A DNA stretch of 63,967 nucleotides, taken from Ptychomitrium polyphyllum (lineage: Eukaryota). The position numbers and the translations under genes were made by a program. The DNA lies in NCBI GenBank assembly GCA_973851085.1, contig OZ316775.1, forward strand, positions 2,914,001-2,977,967, in the 5' to 3' direction. The notes below the pieces were generated by a model. The model was given only the letters and a program-made list of their open reading frames with translations, searched no databases and was not told the DNA's origin. Each line of letters opens with the position of its first letter. The first letter of the stretch is position 1. Positions 11,900-23,760 of this stretch are shown in pieces.

Positions 11900-12950
11900 T
11901 AGTTTTTTGAATCGGTTTTTGTATTTCAAATCTTCTTGAATAGACGTTGTCCAATAAGTGCACATTAAAGTCACATTTAGCAGCATCAATGCTTTAAACT
12001 CCTTTATCAATCTAGTAGATTTTATCCCCATGCAAATTATTCAAAGCATCAATCTTTGTGAATGCCAAATATTGATTTTTAGTAGCATGACTTCTTCTTA
12101 GCTTAGTCTTCTTTCTATTTTAGTATCTTTTGCTTCCATAAGCTACCTCCATACACATATGCAAGAACCTCCATTCTCCCTCAAATTGACGTCTTTCCAA
12201 TTTAACAATCTGGTCTTATTTTGCACATTATATTTTTAGGCCTTTCACTTCCTATACCTCCAGCAATACATTCCTATTTTTTTTTCCAATGACAAATTAT
12301 ATTTTTTTCCAAAGATATCCATGAGTCAATTCATTGGTATATAACGTACATGGACCTTTAAACAAGTTATTTGTCCACCATCCTACAATGCCGTTGTAGT
12401 GCTCAATTGTTGGATCTTCTTAATAGCCACTTCCCTGCCACATATTCCTTGTTACATATAAAATGATCTTTCAATACTTTAAGAACATGCTTATCAACTT
12501 AGTACCATTACTAACTTGACTGTTAACTGATAGACACAAGAGGATGACAATTTTGTCATGATATAATCTTTGTCTCCTTTAGTTCTTCAACCAATTCCAC
12601 ATACTTCTTTTTTTGGGCATGAATCTCCTAAAGCTACATCTAATATTGTTGTCCACCACTTCCAATTTCCTTTATCAATTCATATCCCTACCAAGGAACC
12701 TTTTAATAATTCTACTATAATAAAATTTATTTCTATAATTGGCAATTTTCCTTCTACAAACTATAATTTTAACTTTTCAAATTACCAGTAAGTTTCACAT
12801 ATATATAGACACCTACTTAAATCCATTCCTACTTTTTCTCTTTTCTGATCATTTTTCCTAATCAATTCCTTGTTTTTCTTTCCATGTGTTATTTTCCTTC
12901 CACATTTGTACCACCTTTGTAGACTATCCAACTCCCTTACTCCTTATCCT
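11900..12950 (-). mobile_element. Possible highly decayed hAT-like transposase relic
   Basis: Very AT-rich. The minus strand shows scattered hAT-like peptide remnants (NGT..MFLK, GPCT..LMDI, LAYVYG). No ORF or TIR is resolvable. Confidence 0.25.
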
Positions 12951-13257
12951 CAATGTATCCATAGTTGTCTGCTTGCTTCCACCAATTGATTGCAACCTCC
13001 ACGAGGAGCTTCTATACTGCCAGTGCTCCATATTATACACCCTCTTATTTGCAAAGCTTTAGCATATTCCACCAATTATCAATTGGTGGAATTGTGTCAT
13101 TCGAATTGTGTTAATAATTATGCCAAAGTTCTTTACGTAATTGCTTGAGCCTGATGGCTATGAATGAGAATTAGAGTTCGTTTTTCGAGCATTTTGAAGT
13201 CCATCAAGGGACGCTTGGACTGCATGGTAGACTCTTTGGCTGCACATTGCACCTTGT

Positions 13258-16200
13258 GTTCGCTTGTTGAAATCTTTCGATACAAAAGCCTTCAATGCTG
13301 GAAACGATGACACAGAAGCAGCGGCACAACTACGCGGTATGCAACGGGGTCAAGTAACGGAACAAATGGTTGAAAGTATCCTGGACCGCCAGATCTACGA
13401 TTTCATTTATAATTCAGGTCCTGGATGATTGTATATGATGGATGTAAGTTACAGGCTAACAGCCCATTCATGTGTTGTATAGCCCACCCAGTTTTACCTA
13501 CATTATCCTTGATTGTGGCGTAGTATTGAATTCAGAATTATCAAGTGATGACACCAGGTGTTGTCGTCATACAGATCTGGAAGCAGATAGGACTGAACAA
13601 CGAGCGGAAGTACCTCCCGGTTATCAACATGCTTGCCAAGGGCTGCATTGTTTCGGTAGGAGCACAGCACACGAAAGCAATGCTCTACCGGCTAAGGACT
13701 GCACCAAACGCCAGTTTGGCCTCCGACCTCACATTGACTGTTGGACCTGCAAGGACAGATCTCGAGCCACAATATGTTGTTCCTCTAGGTATACTCTATG
13801 TATGTGTTTGGACCAGTGTTGTTCCGGTATTCGAAAGAGTTCCTATGATCTGTACCCACCTACGATTTTTGAAATCTTTTCCTTTGCTTGCACCGGTTCT
13901 GGTAGTCAAAATGTAAGATCATTTTGGTTTGTAGACAGCTCTTACCAATATCAGGCGAACACTGGTTTGGTTACAACGAAGTTGTCATGAGTAACGGCTT
14001 TTTGTGTAGGTTTGTTTTACGGGAAACGTTCTTCCACGATACAATACTCGTCTTACTTTCTGCCGTAACCTGCGGGTTGGAATTGGTTGCAGCACAAATT
14101 GCTCCCTTGTCCACTGCAAAAATTCGAAGGGCTCGAAAGTTACTGACAAAGGTAAGAAAGAGCAGGAGAAGGCAAAATAAAAGGAGATGGAACAGGAGAA
14201 GGAAAATGTACAGGAACAGGAACGGGATCTGACTGAAGACACCAGAGGAACTCCTATTGCAACAAATAACTTACTGAAGGGTCCAGAGGATTGTTATGTT
14301 GTCGAGCTCTGGCATCAGCGGATTTGTCGATTGTGAAGGTGGATGAAGATGAGCCCTGGTTGCAACTCTAGCTTCTTCTGATTTCTACTGATATTTGTCA
14401 TAGCAACATTGCCAATGTTTCATATGTGTCACTTAGGTGAGTGTGTACGAATCACTACCCCACCATGATTATGGAGTGATTTACTAATTCGAGGAGTTAA
14501 CCTCAGCATTATTGTTTGAAACGTTTGCATGTAGGTCCGGGCAGATGTATGCATTACCGCTTCAGACCACCGCAGCCATGTAGCCGGAACTTCCTATCAT
14601 GCAAAGATTGCATGTAAATATTCGTCTTTGACAATATCCTTCTTAAATTCCCTCCTGGACTTGTGTGCTCTTCAGGAGCCTCTCTACATCTCGTTGGCAA
14701 GGTCTTGCCGACCTCGGATGAAGACTAGCAATTGCTAGGGTGTAGAGTATTGATGCATGCTTCACAGGTCGATTGAGAATCTGAGAAGGATCCAGAAGAC
14801 ACTATGATGGATCGCAAGACTCCAACGCGGTCGCTACAGAAGCTACAGCGAGATGGTCGGGTCAAGTGCATCGTCTTGAGCCTGCCAGGCCCTACGAATA
14901 GTGGGCGAAGTCGGCAAAGCGAGGTTGTTATTAACCCTGAAGTGCAGGTTGGGCCTGGTTTGCTTGTCAAAGGGCATGATCGCATCCGGCAATTCGACAA
15001 GATCGACAGGGGTTATGGTTCATCAAAAGTTAAGGCCGATGCTTCCACAGTACCTGTTCTGAGTGTGAAGCAAAGACACAAAGGTGGAAAGAGAAAATTC
15101 GAACCGGCAGCTGAAACTGAGGCCGAGAAGGCGAGGACTTTGAGTGGAAATGGATTTGTTTCTGCAAAGATGGTTCGGGTTCGGATGATACACATCTTTC
15201 TTTGGTCGTATGTAAATGGTATTCCAGAGTACGCTGATGACGAGCTGGTGATGAAGCCAGATGAAAACTCTTGTCGGGTCTTGTCATTGGCACTTGCAGT
15301 AAAGGCAATGCCGTTGGATCTTTTTCTACAAGTTGTCGGCTCAACGAAGTCAATGGAGGAGTTAGAGCTCTACAGCAACAAAGAACTACGCTTGTGTGAT
15401 CTTCCAGAAGCAGAGAGTTCGTCGCTGCTTGTTTCTCACGCGAATAATTGACTTTCTTGGCTTACTGATGTTTTGCGGCGACTTAAGCTTATTCGGCTGG
15501 TGATGAGAACTGGCATTTCCCTGGGGCATTCAAAAGCCCGCTTCAACTTATTCTCTTGAAGCATCACTTATATATGGCATGGAAATACAGCCTTATATAG
15601 TGGAACCGGCGCCTCAACCTCTGTCGTCTCTCAATTTAGATGCCTTTGACTTGACCTCAACAGCCAGCCAATAGTTCTACATGACTTCAATCGAAAGTTT
15701 GGAGGCCTACTGGCAGACCCTAGAGTGTTTTTCTTCTGGAGCAGTACCTGCAATTGCAAGAAAAGCATTTCCAGGCACTAGCGTCCCCGAGTTGCGTGGC
15801 CGTCGATAATGGACAACGGTGCGAGAAATAACCTCGGCACAACGGAAGGGGTTGATGAAGCGCGTCGAGGAGGGCGGGGAGGAGAAAAGGTTGCCTCATG
15901 CGGAATGTTTATTGCTGGCCAGGGGATTGAACCTTTCCCTCGAAACAGGGTTTTGGTGGTCATACGAGGAAAGTCGAAGATATCGTATGACCACAAACAA
16001 TGGAGCACCCGACCACGACCGCCTCAAACCCTGTTCGAGGTGGTCAATGGAGAATGTGACCTCAAGCAATAATGCACCTGACCACGAATTTAGTAGGGGT
16101 CACCTAATCAGACCAAAGGTACATGCGGGGTCCAAAAATAGAGCTGTCACCAATGCGGACCACGTGGAAATTGCTCACGATAGGGCGTATAAACGACAGC

Positions 16201-16570
16201 GCCAATTAGAACAGGCTTCTGCTGTTGAGGATGCCTATCAGTCGATGGATCTTGCGGATACTCTACTGATTTCAAAGAGAGAGCAAGACCAATAAACTCG
16301 ATGAAGGACAAAGCGAGGAGAACAAAGAAGATAAGGGCACTCACGAAAATCCTTTCATCATCTTAAAACAACCTCCAAATGGAAGGCTACTCGGAGCAAA
16401 AGAATTTCCTTATCAGAGAGTTCAAACAAAGTTCTAATACGTTGTAATACAAGGCAACGTCCCATGCTGGGTGCCCACAACCATCGCCAGAGTAAGCTTC
16501 AATATCCAACCTTCCTGCCAACCCCGCTGCTTCAACAACACTAAACACGAGCTGTAAGAAACGGCTGGAT
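13258..16570 (+). pseudogene. GTF3C1: Internal fragment of the TFIIIC B-block-binding subunit (GTF3C1/Tfc3-like), pseudogenised
   Basis: Peptides: VRLLKSF..QMVESILDRQIYDFIYNSGPG* (stop 13426-13428), intron donor at 13444, IWKQIGLNN, MDRKTPTRSLQKLQRDG..TNSGRSR, NGFVSAKMVRVRMIHIFLWSY, AVKAMPLDLFLQVVGST, LSWLTDVLRRLKLIRLV, RQRPMLGAHNHR..NLPANP. These match the plant TFIIIC large subunit. Several stops and frameshifts; neither terminus is present. Confidence 0.85.
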
Positions 16571-16878
16571 GATGCACCATCTACTAATACAGCTCGGAAA
16601 AAAAGAACTAGGAGCTGACGACCCAGTATGAACTACACAAACCAACCGAAACAAGCACGCTAAAATCGTCAACCAAGAACTCTGAGCAGGATTTGCAGTC
16701 GGAATCCCTAGATGCTATTTCTGTCCCTTGCGATCTACATCTGAGTTGGAGCTTGTGATGGGAACATGTGATGATGTTCAGTGACATTAGAAGGAGAATA
16801 AGAATAAGTGGATCGCTGGTGCCGATTACTCGTAGATGTATCAAGTGGTCTAATTCGAGACTGGTGCATTGGGAACAG

Positions 16879-18508
16879 GCACAAGAGGAATGCAACCATC
16901 TGATTGAGGCAGCGAGGCCAAGCTTGGTGAAGTCAACGGTTGTGGATAGTGCTACTGGAAAGAGCAAAGACAGCAGGTGCGTGCTAATCGGGCTCTTTCT
17001 CAATGTTGCAGTCTGTAAGTGGTTGATCCCGCCAGCTTTTTCAGTTCAGCTGTGATTACACTTTTGGTCTCCATTAGCTCCACAGGTGGATCCTCATGTA
17101 TGTGTAGTGAATCTTAGGTTGTCTCAACGTTTCGTGCATCACATGGCGACTGCGCAATGTCCAGGTTTTCATAGCCATGCTTTCACTCGGTGCTTATGAT
17201 ACTGCAGAGTACGCACAAGTTCAGGAACATTTTTGATGCGTGGTCAAGACCATGTGATTAAGAGGATCGAGAAACGAATAGCTGATTTCACATTCATACC
17301 CGTTGGTGTGTATGATCCACCCTTGCTTTCAGTGCTGAGTTTATGTAGGTGGTATGCTAGTCGGATGAGGTTTTGATGTTTCTTCCGATGGCAAGAATTT
17401 GTGCATGTTGATGCGTTCTCGATGTGATTGGTTTGGTGCTGGTAGTCCACCATGGAAAACCGTGCCACGCTTATGGGTTCTATTTCACTTTTCATTCTGC
17501 ACCTGGCATGGATTGGTACAGCCCCTGCTCAGGAGCGTGCTAGCGTGCTTTGTGTGCCATCCTGTTCAGTGCAGTCACGGCGTGTTGTTTCTTGGACGCA
17601 GAACAAGGTGAAGGTTTACAAGTTCTGCAGTACAAAGAGAGTGAAAAGTACGAGGCTCACTATGACTACTTTCACGACGCGTTGAACACCAAGAACGGTG
17701 GCCAACGAATTGCTACTGTACTGATGTATCTGTGAGTCTTCCGCTCTGTTGATCCCCTCACCACACGACTTGCGCTGCACTTGTTTCCCGTGTATGCAGC
17801 GGAGCAGGCTTGTACAGCCTGCGTCGACGACCAGCAATCCTACATCATCTGTTAGCTCCCAGTGAGGAGAGAATGACAGTTTGGCATGGTTTAGGTGTAG
17901 GTGAAACTACTTTCGGCTGATAAAGTGTACGTCTGCAATGACATTGGTCTCACTGATGAGTCCTGACGTTTTCATGACGTGGGCACAGCTCAAATGTTGA
18001 GGAAGGGGGAGAAACGGTTTTCCCAGCTTCGAAGGTGAATGCCAGTGAGGTTCTCGATTGGAATCAGCGATCAGAATGCGCGAAGGCTGGCATTTCCGTG
18101 CGACCGCGTATGGGAGATGCCTTGCTGTTCTGGAGCATGAAGCCAGATGCCACTCTAGATCCTACGAGCTTGCATGGTAGGCTTCCGTTTCGGACTGTGT
18201 TTGCAGTGAAAAACTCGTCGTGCAGTCTCTGATCGGCTAGGGTTTGGAAGAGAGCCACGCTCTTTTTGCTGCCCATATACCTCGCTTGTCAAGAACTTAG
18301 AGGAGTCACATGTCTGGGTTGAATGCGCGTCCTGTTTCACATTCCCATATCCCCTCTTGAAACTCGACAGGCTCCTTGTGTTGGGACTGAAAAGCTGCTG
18401 TACTAAAATGGTGGGGTGTGCTTTCGTTGGGCAGGCGGCTGCCCTGTGATTAGAGGCACCAAATGGTCTGCCACAAAGTGGTTGCACGTTGAGATCTACG
18501 CAGTGTGA
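16879..18508 (+). CDS. P4H: Prolyl 4-hydroxylase (plant P4H, 2OG-Fe(II) dioxygenase): last five exons intact, normal 5' exons not found
   Basis: Exons 16879-16976, 17208-17305, 17602-17731, 17989-18176 and 18435-18508 have GT-AG introns and splice in frame: AQEECNHLI..VRTSSGTFL..GEGLQVLQY..YEAHYDYF..GGQRIATVLMYLSNVEEGGETVFP..SLHGGCPVIRGTKWSATKW..*. The HxD, distal His and Lys are intact. No WEPRAF/HNFL exon or signal anchor is visible upstream. Confidence 0.9.
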
Positions 18509-20710
18509 AGGCGATCCAGGAAGCCTTGTTCAGGTATCAATGCTTCGTTTGTTGCCACCTGTTTCTGAACAGTGAACTCCCCCACGGAGTTCAGTTTCAT
18601 GGTGGGCAACGTGGTTGTGTAGGAGGGTCGTCGTGAATGTCATGAACCGTACAGCACACAACTCTGAAGCCTGAAGTAGTTCGTGTTAAGAACCGATGAC
18701 TTGGGATCCTTTCCGTGAGCTGAAAACGCCTACATTCATCAATGACGGCGTACCGTTGACTTCACATCATATTCTTCCTGTTCGCACTGACTCACCAAAA
18801 TCCACATTGCGTGATTGCAGGCAGATGGAGAGTCCGGTACTGGCGGAGACGGAGTGCTCTAATAGACCGTTGGGAGAATACAAACATGTTCGGCAGTTCT
18901 GTTGGCCGTGGTACACGGAGAGGTGATCGAGGGTGGTGACTGCACCTCATACTGCAGAGAATTGAGATGACGAGAACACCCAAGAGGACTAGTTTTAATC
19001 CGGTTTCTCGAAAGCAACTGTAGTGGCTAGGAAATAGGGCAAACTTCACGTTCTGGGACCTGATCAAGGTTCCACTGCTGTGAGATTTGATGTTCATGAG
19101 TACGTCGTGTATGTGAAACAGTGTGGTGCACACTATTGTTCCAATCCAGTCTACAGTGGAACTCCAGTGACGCACAATTTGCTCCAATTCTGAAAGAGAG
19201 TGCAATAAACACTAGAATTGTGACGTGACTAGTGGGCTGATGCTTTGTCCATTCCACATCTGATAAGCTCAACGAAGGTGAATGTGAACATCCACAGCAC
19301 CTAGAGTTACTCCGAATGACGCGTCCAGCAAAGTATGAGGGTGGGCCGTGTTGTACTGTAGCCGCGGGACTCCGTGGCAGGGACGGTCCTGCCCGGGGCA
19401 TCTCCCGGCACATTTCATCGTATTTTATGTCTGCATGCACACATGGTGGTCCGCGTGTTGGATGCTGGGCCGATACCGCGTCCGAGCTTGTCCTGGCCGG
19501 CCTCTTACCATTCGCGCCCCCGACTTGCCTGCATTGTATGGGGCTTCCTGGAGGCAGAGCCCACGGCTCATGTGGCTCGCAAGCGACGTCGGTCATTGGC
19601 AGTTTGTGTTATTCGCTGTGAAGTTCACACTCCTGGCGTGGTAGCCCGTCGCAACCATCGCAGAGCTCCGTCCCTGCTTGTCGCTGGTCGCCCTGAGGCG
19701 CTAGTTGGTGGCCATCTTCTCTTTCGTGCGCAGTTTTCAGCATCCTGCGGAGGGCCGTGAGGGAGAGTGCTACGCCTCTTCCCCATGGGTGTCGGCGCGT
19801 GGATATTGATGTGAAGCGGAGCTGAGGAAGCCAGGGCGTTTGGTGGACGTTTCGGCTGGTTGCCGGCGCTAGTGCAGGTGGGTCGGTTGGACTGCGCTTG
19901 TTGGTTGTCGTTGTGGAGTGACAGTACCCGTTGACAGCTCTGTGGTTTGGTGATGGCTGTTGCGGCGAGCAACGTTTTGGGGAGGTGAGAGGTGCAGTGA
20001 GGTGAGGTGCGTCTTGGGACCTGATAGGTGTTCAGGTGGAGGATGAGGAGAGGAGCGGAGGGGAGTGGGGTATTTGTGCGTGGGGTGTTCTCCACGGGTG
20101 TCATACCGTCGCGGAGGTTGTATGCTGGGCTGCGGTGGAATGCGAGCGTTGTTTGCTGGTGCAAGGTTTTGCAAGTCTTAGTTGTTGCGTGCTACAGTAG
20201 ACCCTTCCATTTGTACTGTGCTCTTGACCTCTTTCTAGTCGATTCAGTGGATGATAGTTGATAGATTAGTGGAACCCTATTTGGAGCTTCTTTGATGTAG
20301 ATCCGGGTTGTTACAGCGTTGAAGTTTGCAATGAGTGTGCTGGCATTGTTCACAAATGTGCGGACGGCGTGGTGAATGAAATACATTGGAGATTGTTGAT
20401 AGGTCTTTGTGGTGTAGTGACGGAAGGAAGGCTGGGATTTCAAGTATCATTTGAGCAGGCAAGAGGAGGAATTTCGTGTACTTCCCATCAGGTACCTTCG
20501 TACGAGAGATCTCTGTTTCATCACAACGTCGGTCTAAAGTGCTAGTGGAGGCAAGCTGCTTGTCCATCTTTCTGCACACCATTTGGGTAGGTGGTGGTCA
20601 CTGCACTATTAGGGGGAGCTTCATTGTGGTTGTGGGTCGTGATTGATTTGGTACGTATGTTGATTACGGGAGAGTTGATGATGATATCGTTGGCAGCTGT
20701 AGAGGTTGTC

Positions 20711-23700
20711 ATGGCAGATCCAGTCTTCACTCCTGCAGTAGTAGGGACAGCGGTAAGTTTGTTCTTCAACGAGGTGATCAATGCAGCCAAAAGTGCCTAC
20801 GGACATAGAGAGAGGTGCACGCTCCTCCTAGAGAGTGCGAACAAGCTCCAACCACACATTGATGGAGCATGTGAACATTCAGCCGGTTGGGAGAAGGCCC
20901 AGAGTGATGCGTTGCAGGAAATCAAAGTTATTATGGAGAAAGCAAGAAGCTTTGGCACAAGAGGTGTCGAATAATCAAAGCGTGAGGGGAGGAAGAGAGC
21001 GGTGCTTTTCTGGCGGTGGGGGAAGCTGCCAGCCGAGCTAATGGACATCATTCGCCGGATCGAAGAGGCAAAGGGTAATGTTGTTTTCTGTGCTGCGGTT
21101 GAATGCCTCAAGGGCGCCAATGCTGCAAGGAAAGCAAGATGGCCAGAGTTTGTAGTGCAACCGATCCCAGCAGAGATCGTGGGGGTGGATGTTCCATTCT
21201 ACAAGCTCAAGGCAGCCATTCTAGAGAGCCACACAAAAGATGCGGCCAGCCACCTTGGGTTGCACGGGAGAGGTGGAGCTGGGAAAACGTTGGTGGCAAA
21301 GATGTTGCATAATGATGGAGACATCAAAGGGAAGTACGGAGCCGATTTTGTGAAGTGGATCAGTGTGGGACTTGATGCAAGAGTTCGTGATGTGTACAAA
21401 ACAATGGCAACATTCATAGGTGATGCAAGATTCGAACAGAGCTACATTCATCGGAGCTTAGAAGACCAACGTTCTTTCTTGATGGATGCCTTCAAAGAGA
21501 AGAAGGTATTGTTGGTTTTGGACGATGTGTGGCAAGAAGGAGGCGAACAAAATCATGCCATGATGTATTGGCTGAACATTGTAACGGCTCCAGGGTCTGT
21601 AACCTCGATCACGACACGCAATGTTGTAGTATTGTCAGAGGTTTATGCTAAAGCAGAGGTGGTATTGTCTCTCTCGGAAGATGACAGCTGGAAATTGTTC
21701 TGCATTCATGCATTTGACAAGGGCACACTTCCGGAGACAGTTCCAAAGGACTTGGCGAAAGAAGTATGTGAAGAATGTGGAGGGTTACCCTTAGCATTGG
21801 AAGTTGTGGGTAGCATAATGAAGGACAAGGTGAAGAAGGAAGAATGGAGTTATGCCTTGCACAGTTTGAAGCAATACAAACAATATTAGGTTCTAGAGTA
21901 GACAATGAACTTTTTGGTCGCTTATGGTGGAGTTATGATATGTTGGAGGGGATGTGTTGAAGACATGCTTCTTGTACTTTGCAGCAATTCCAGAAGACTA
22001 TGAGATTGAAGTGAGCAAGTTAATCCAGATGTGGATCTCTCTCAGAGGGATTGGTTGGTGCGGAGGATGAAGCAAAGGCCCACTTGACAGTTCTTGAGAA
22101 GTGGTCTTTGATTGATTTGCGTGGTGGTGGAATATATGCACAAGTGCATGATATTTTGCGAGACCTTGCGCTCATGATCATTGACAAAGCTGAAGTAGGC
22201 GAAAGTGGATACAATAGTTTCTTTGCATCGGGAAAAGTGTTGAAATCACTTCCACCAGGGAAGTTGGTAAAGGCCATCTTAAGAATGTCATTGATCAACA
22301 ATGGCATCCCTCAAGGCTTGGACACCCTTCAAGTAGTTAATCTTCAAGTGTACTTGTTGTCAAGGCTCAATGGATCTGTAGGTGAAGTCTTGAGTATCTT
22401 TTCCAATTTGGGAATGACCAATTTGAAGTATCTAGACCTCTCTCATACCAACCTCAACTTTCATGAGGAATTTTTGTTTTTTAGTGGATTGAGATTTCTT
22501 ACGCACTTGGACCTATCAAGGTGTGAATCCTTGGAGCAACTTCTACAGCAAATTGGAGAGTTGAAGGTTCTTACGTCCTTGAGTCTATATAGGTGTTCAT
22601 CCTTGCAACAACTTCCTCAGCAAATTGGAGAGTTGAAGGCTCTTACGTCCTTAAACCTATCTCAATGTTCATCTTTGCAGCAACTTCCCCAGCAAATTCG
22701 GGAGTTGAAGGCTCTTAGGAACTTGGACCTATGGGGGTATTCATCCTTGCAGCAACTTCCACAACAAATTGGAGAGTTGAAATCTCTTACGCACTTGGAT
22801 TTATCTGGGTGTTCATCCTTGCAGCAACTTCCACAACAAATTGGAGAGTTGAAGTCTCTTACGCACTTGGACTTATTTGGATGTTCATCTTTACAGCAAA
22901 TTCCACATTAAATTTGGGAGTTGAAGGGTCTTACGTCCTTTAAATTATCTTGGTGTTCATCCTTGCAGCAACTTCCACAACAAATTGGAGAGTTGAAGTC
23001 TCTTACGCACTTGGACTTATTTGGATGTTCATCTTTACAGCAAATTCCACATCAAATTTGGGAGTTGAAGGGTCTTACGTCCTTTAAATTATCTTGGTGT
23101 TCATCCTTGCAGCAACTTCCACAACAAATTGGAGATTTGAAGGCTCTTACGCACTTGGACTTATCTGGGTGTTCATCCTTGCAGCAACTTCCACAACAAC
23201 TTGGGGAGTTGAAGTCTCTTATGTCCTTTAAATTATATAGGTGTTCATCCTTGCAGTAACTTCCACAGTAAATTGGAGAGTTGAAGTCTCTTATGCACTT
23301 GGACCTATCTAGGTGTTCATTATTGCAGCAACTTTTGCAGCAAATTAGAAAGTTGAAGGTTCTTATGTATTTGGACCTATCATGTAGTTCATCCTTGCAG
23401 CAACTTCTCTAGTAAATTGGGAAGTTGAAGACTTTCACAGATTTGCGTCTATTTGAGTGTTCATCTTTGCAACAACTTCCACAACAAATTAGGGAGTTTA
23501 AGGCTCTTTTGTCCTTAAACCTATCTGAGTGTTCATCCTTGCAGCAACTTCCACAGCAAATTGGGGAGTTGAAGTCTCTTACGCACTTGGACCTATCTGA
23601 GTGTTCATCCTTGCAGCAACTTCCACAACAAATTGGGGAGTTGAAGGCTCTTACGTCGTTGGTTCTATGGAGGTGTTCATCCTTGCAGCAACTTCCATAG

Positions 23701-23760
23701 TAAATTGACAAGTTGAAAGCACTTACATACTCATTTATTTGAAAGTGTTTTTCTTAGTAG
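20711..23760 (+). pseudogene. CC-NB-ARC-LRR immune receptor (NLR) pseudogene with an RPW8-like or MAEPL-like N-terminal helix; no introns evident
   Basis: N-terminus MADPVFTPAVVGTAVSLFFNEV; P-loop GRGGAGKT; kinase-2 LLVLDDVW; RNBS-B ITTRN; CGGLPLAL; RNBS-D CFLYFAAIPED; VHD motif; 24-aa LRRs. Stops at 20972, 21887, 22908, 23257 and later, plus frameshifts at about 21890-22045. Confidence 0.93.
22490..23760 (+). repeat. 72-bp tandem LRR-coding array, about 17-18 units
   Basis: The unit encodes LKxLTxLDLSxCSSLQQLPQQIGE. The core GTGTTCATCCTTGCAGCAACTTCCACAACAAATTGGAGAGTTGAAG recurs every 72 nt. Confidence 0.95.

Noticed and set aside
19027..20261. Overlapping 100-190 aa ORFs on both strands
   Set aside because: The stretch is GC-rich and low in stops, with no recognisable domain. 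It is more likely UTR/promoter-type sequence, although a short minus-strand first exon near 19786 cannot be excluded.
22490..23760. Repeat-spacer array in the 72-bp periodic region
   Set aside because: It is the in-frame LRR-coding region of the NLR; the variable parts are LRR surface residues.
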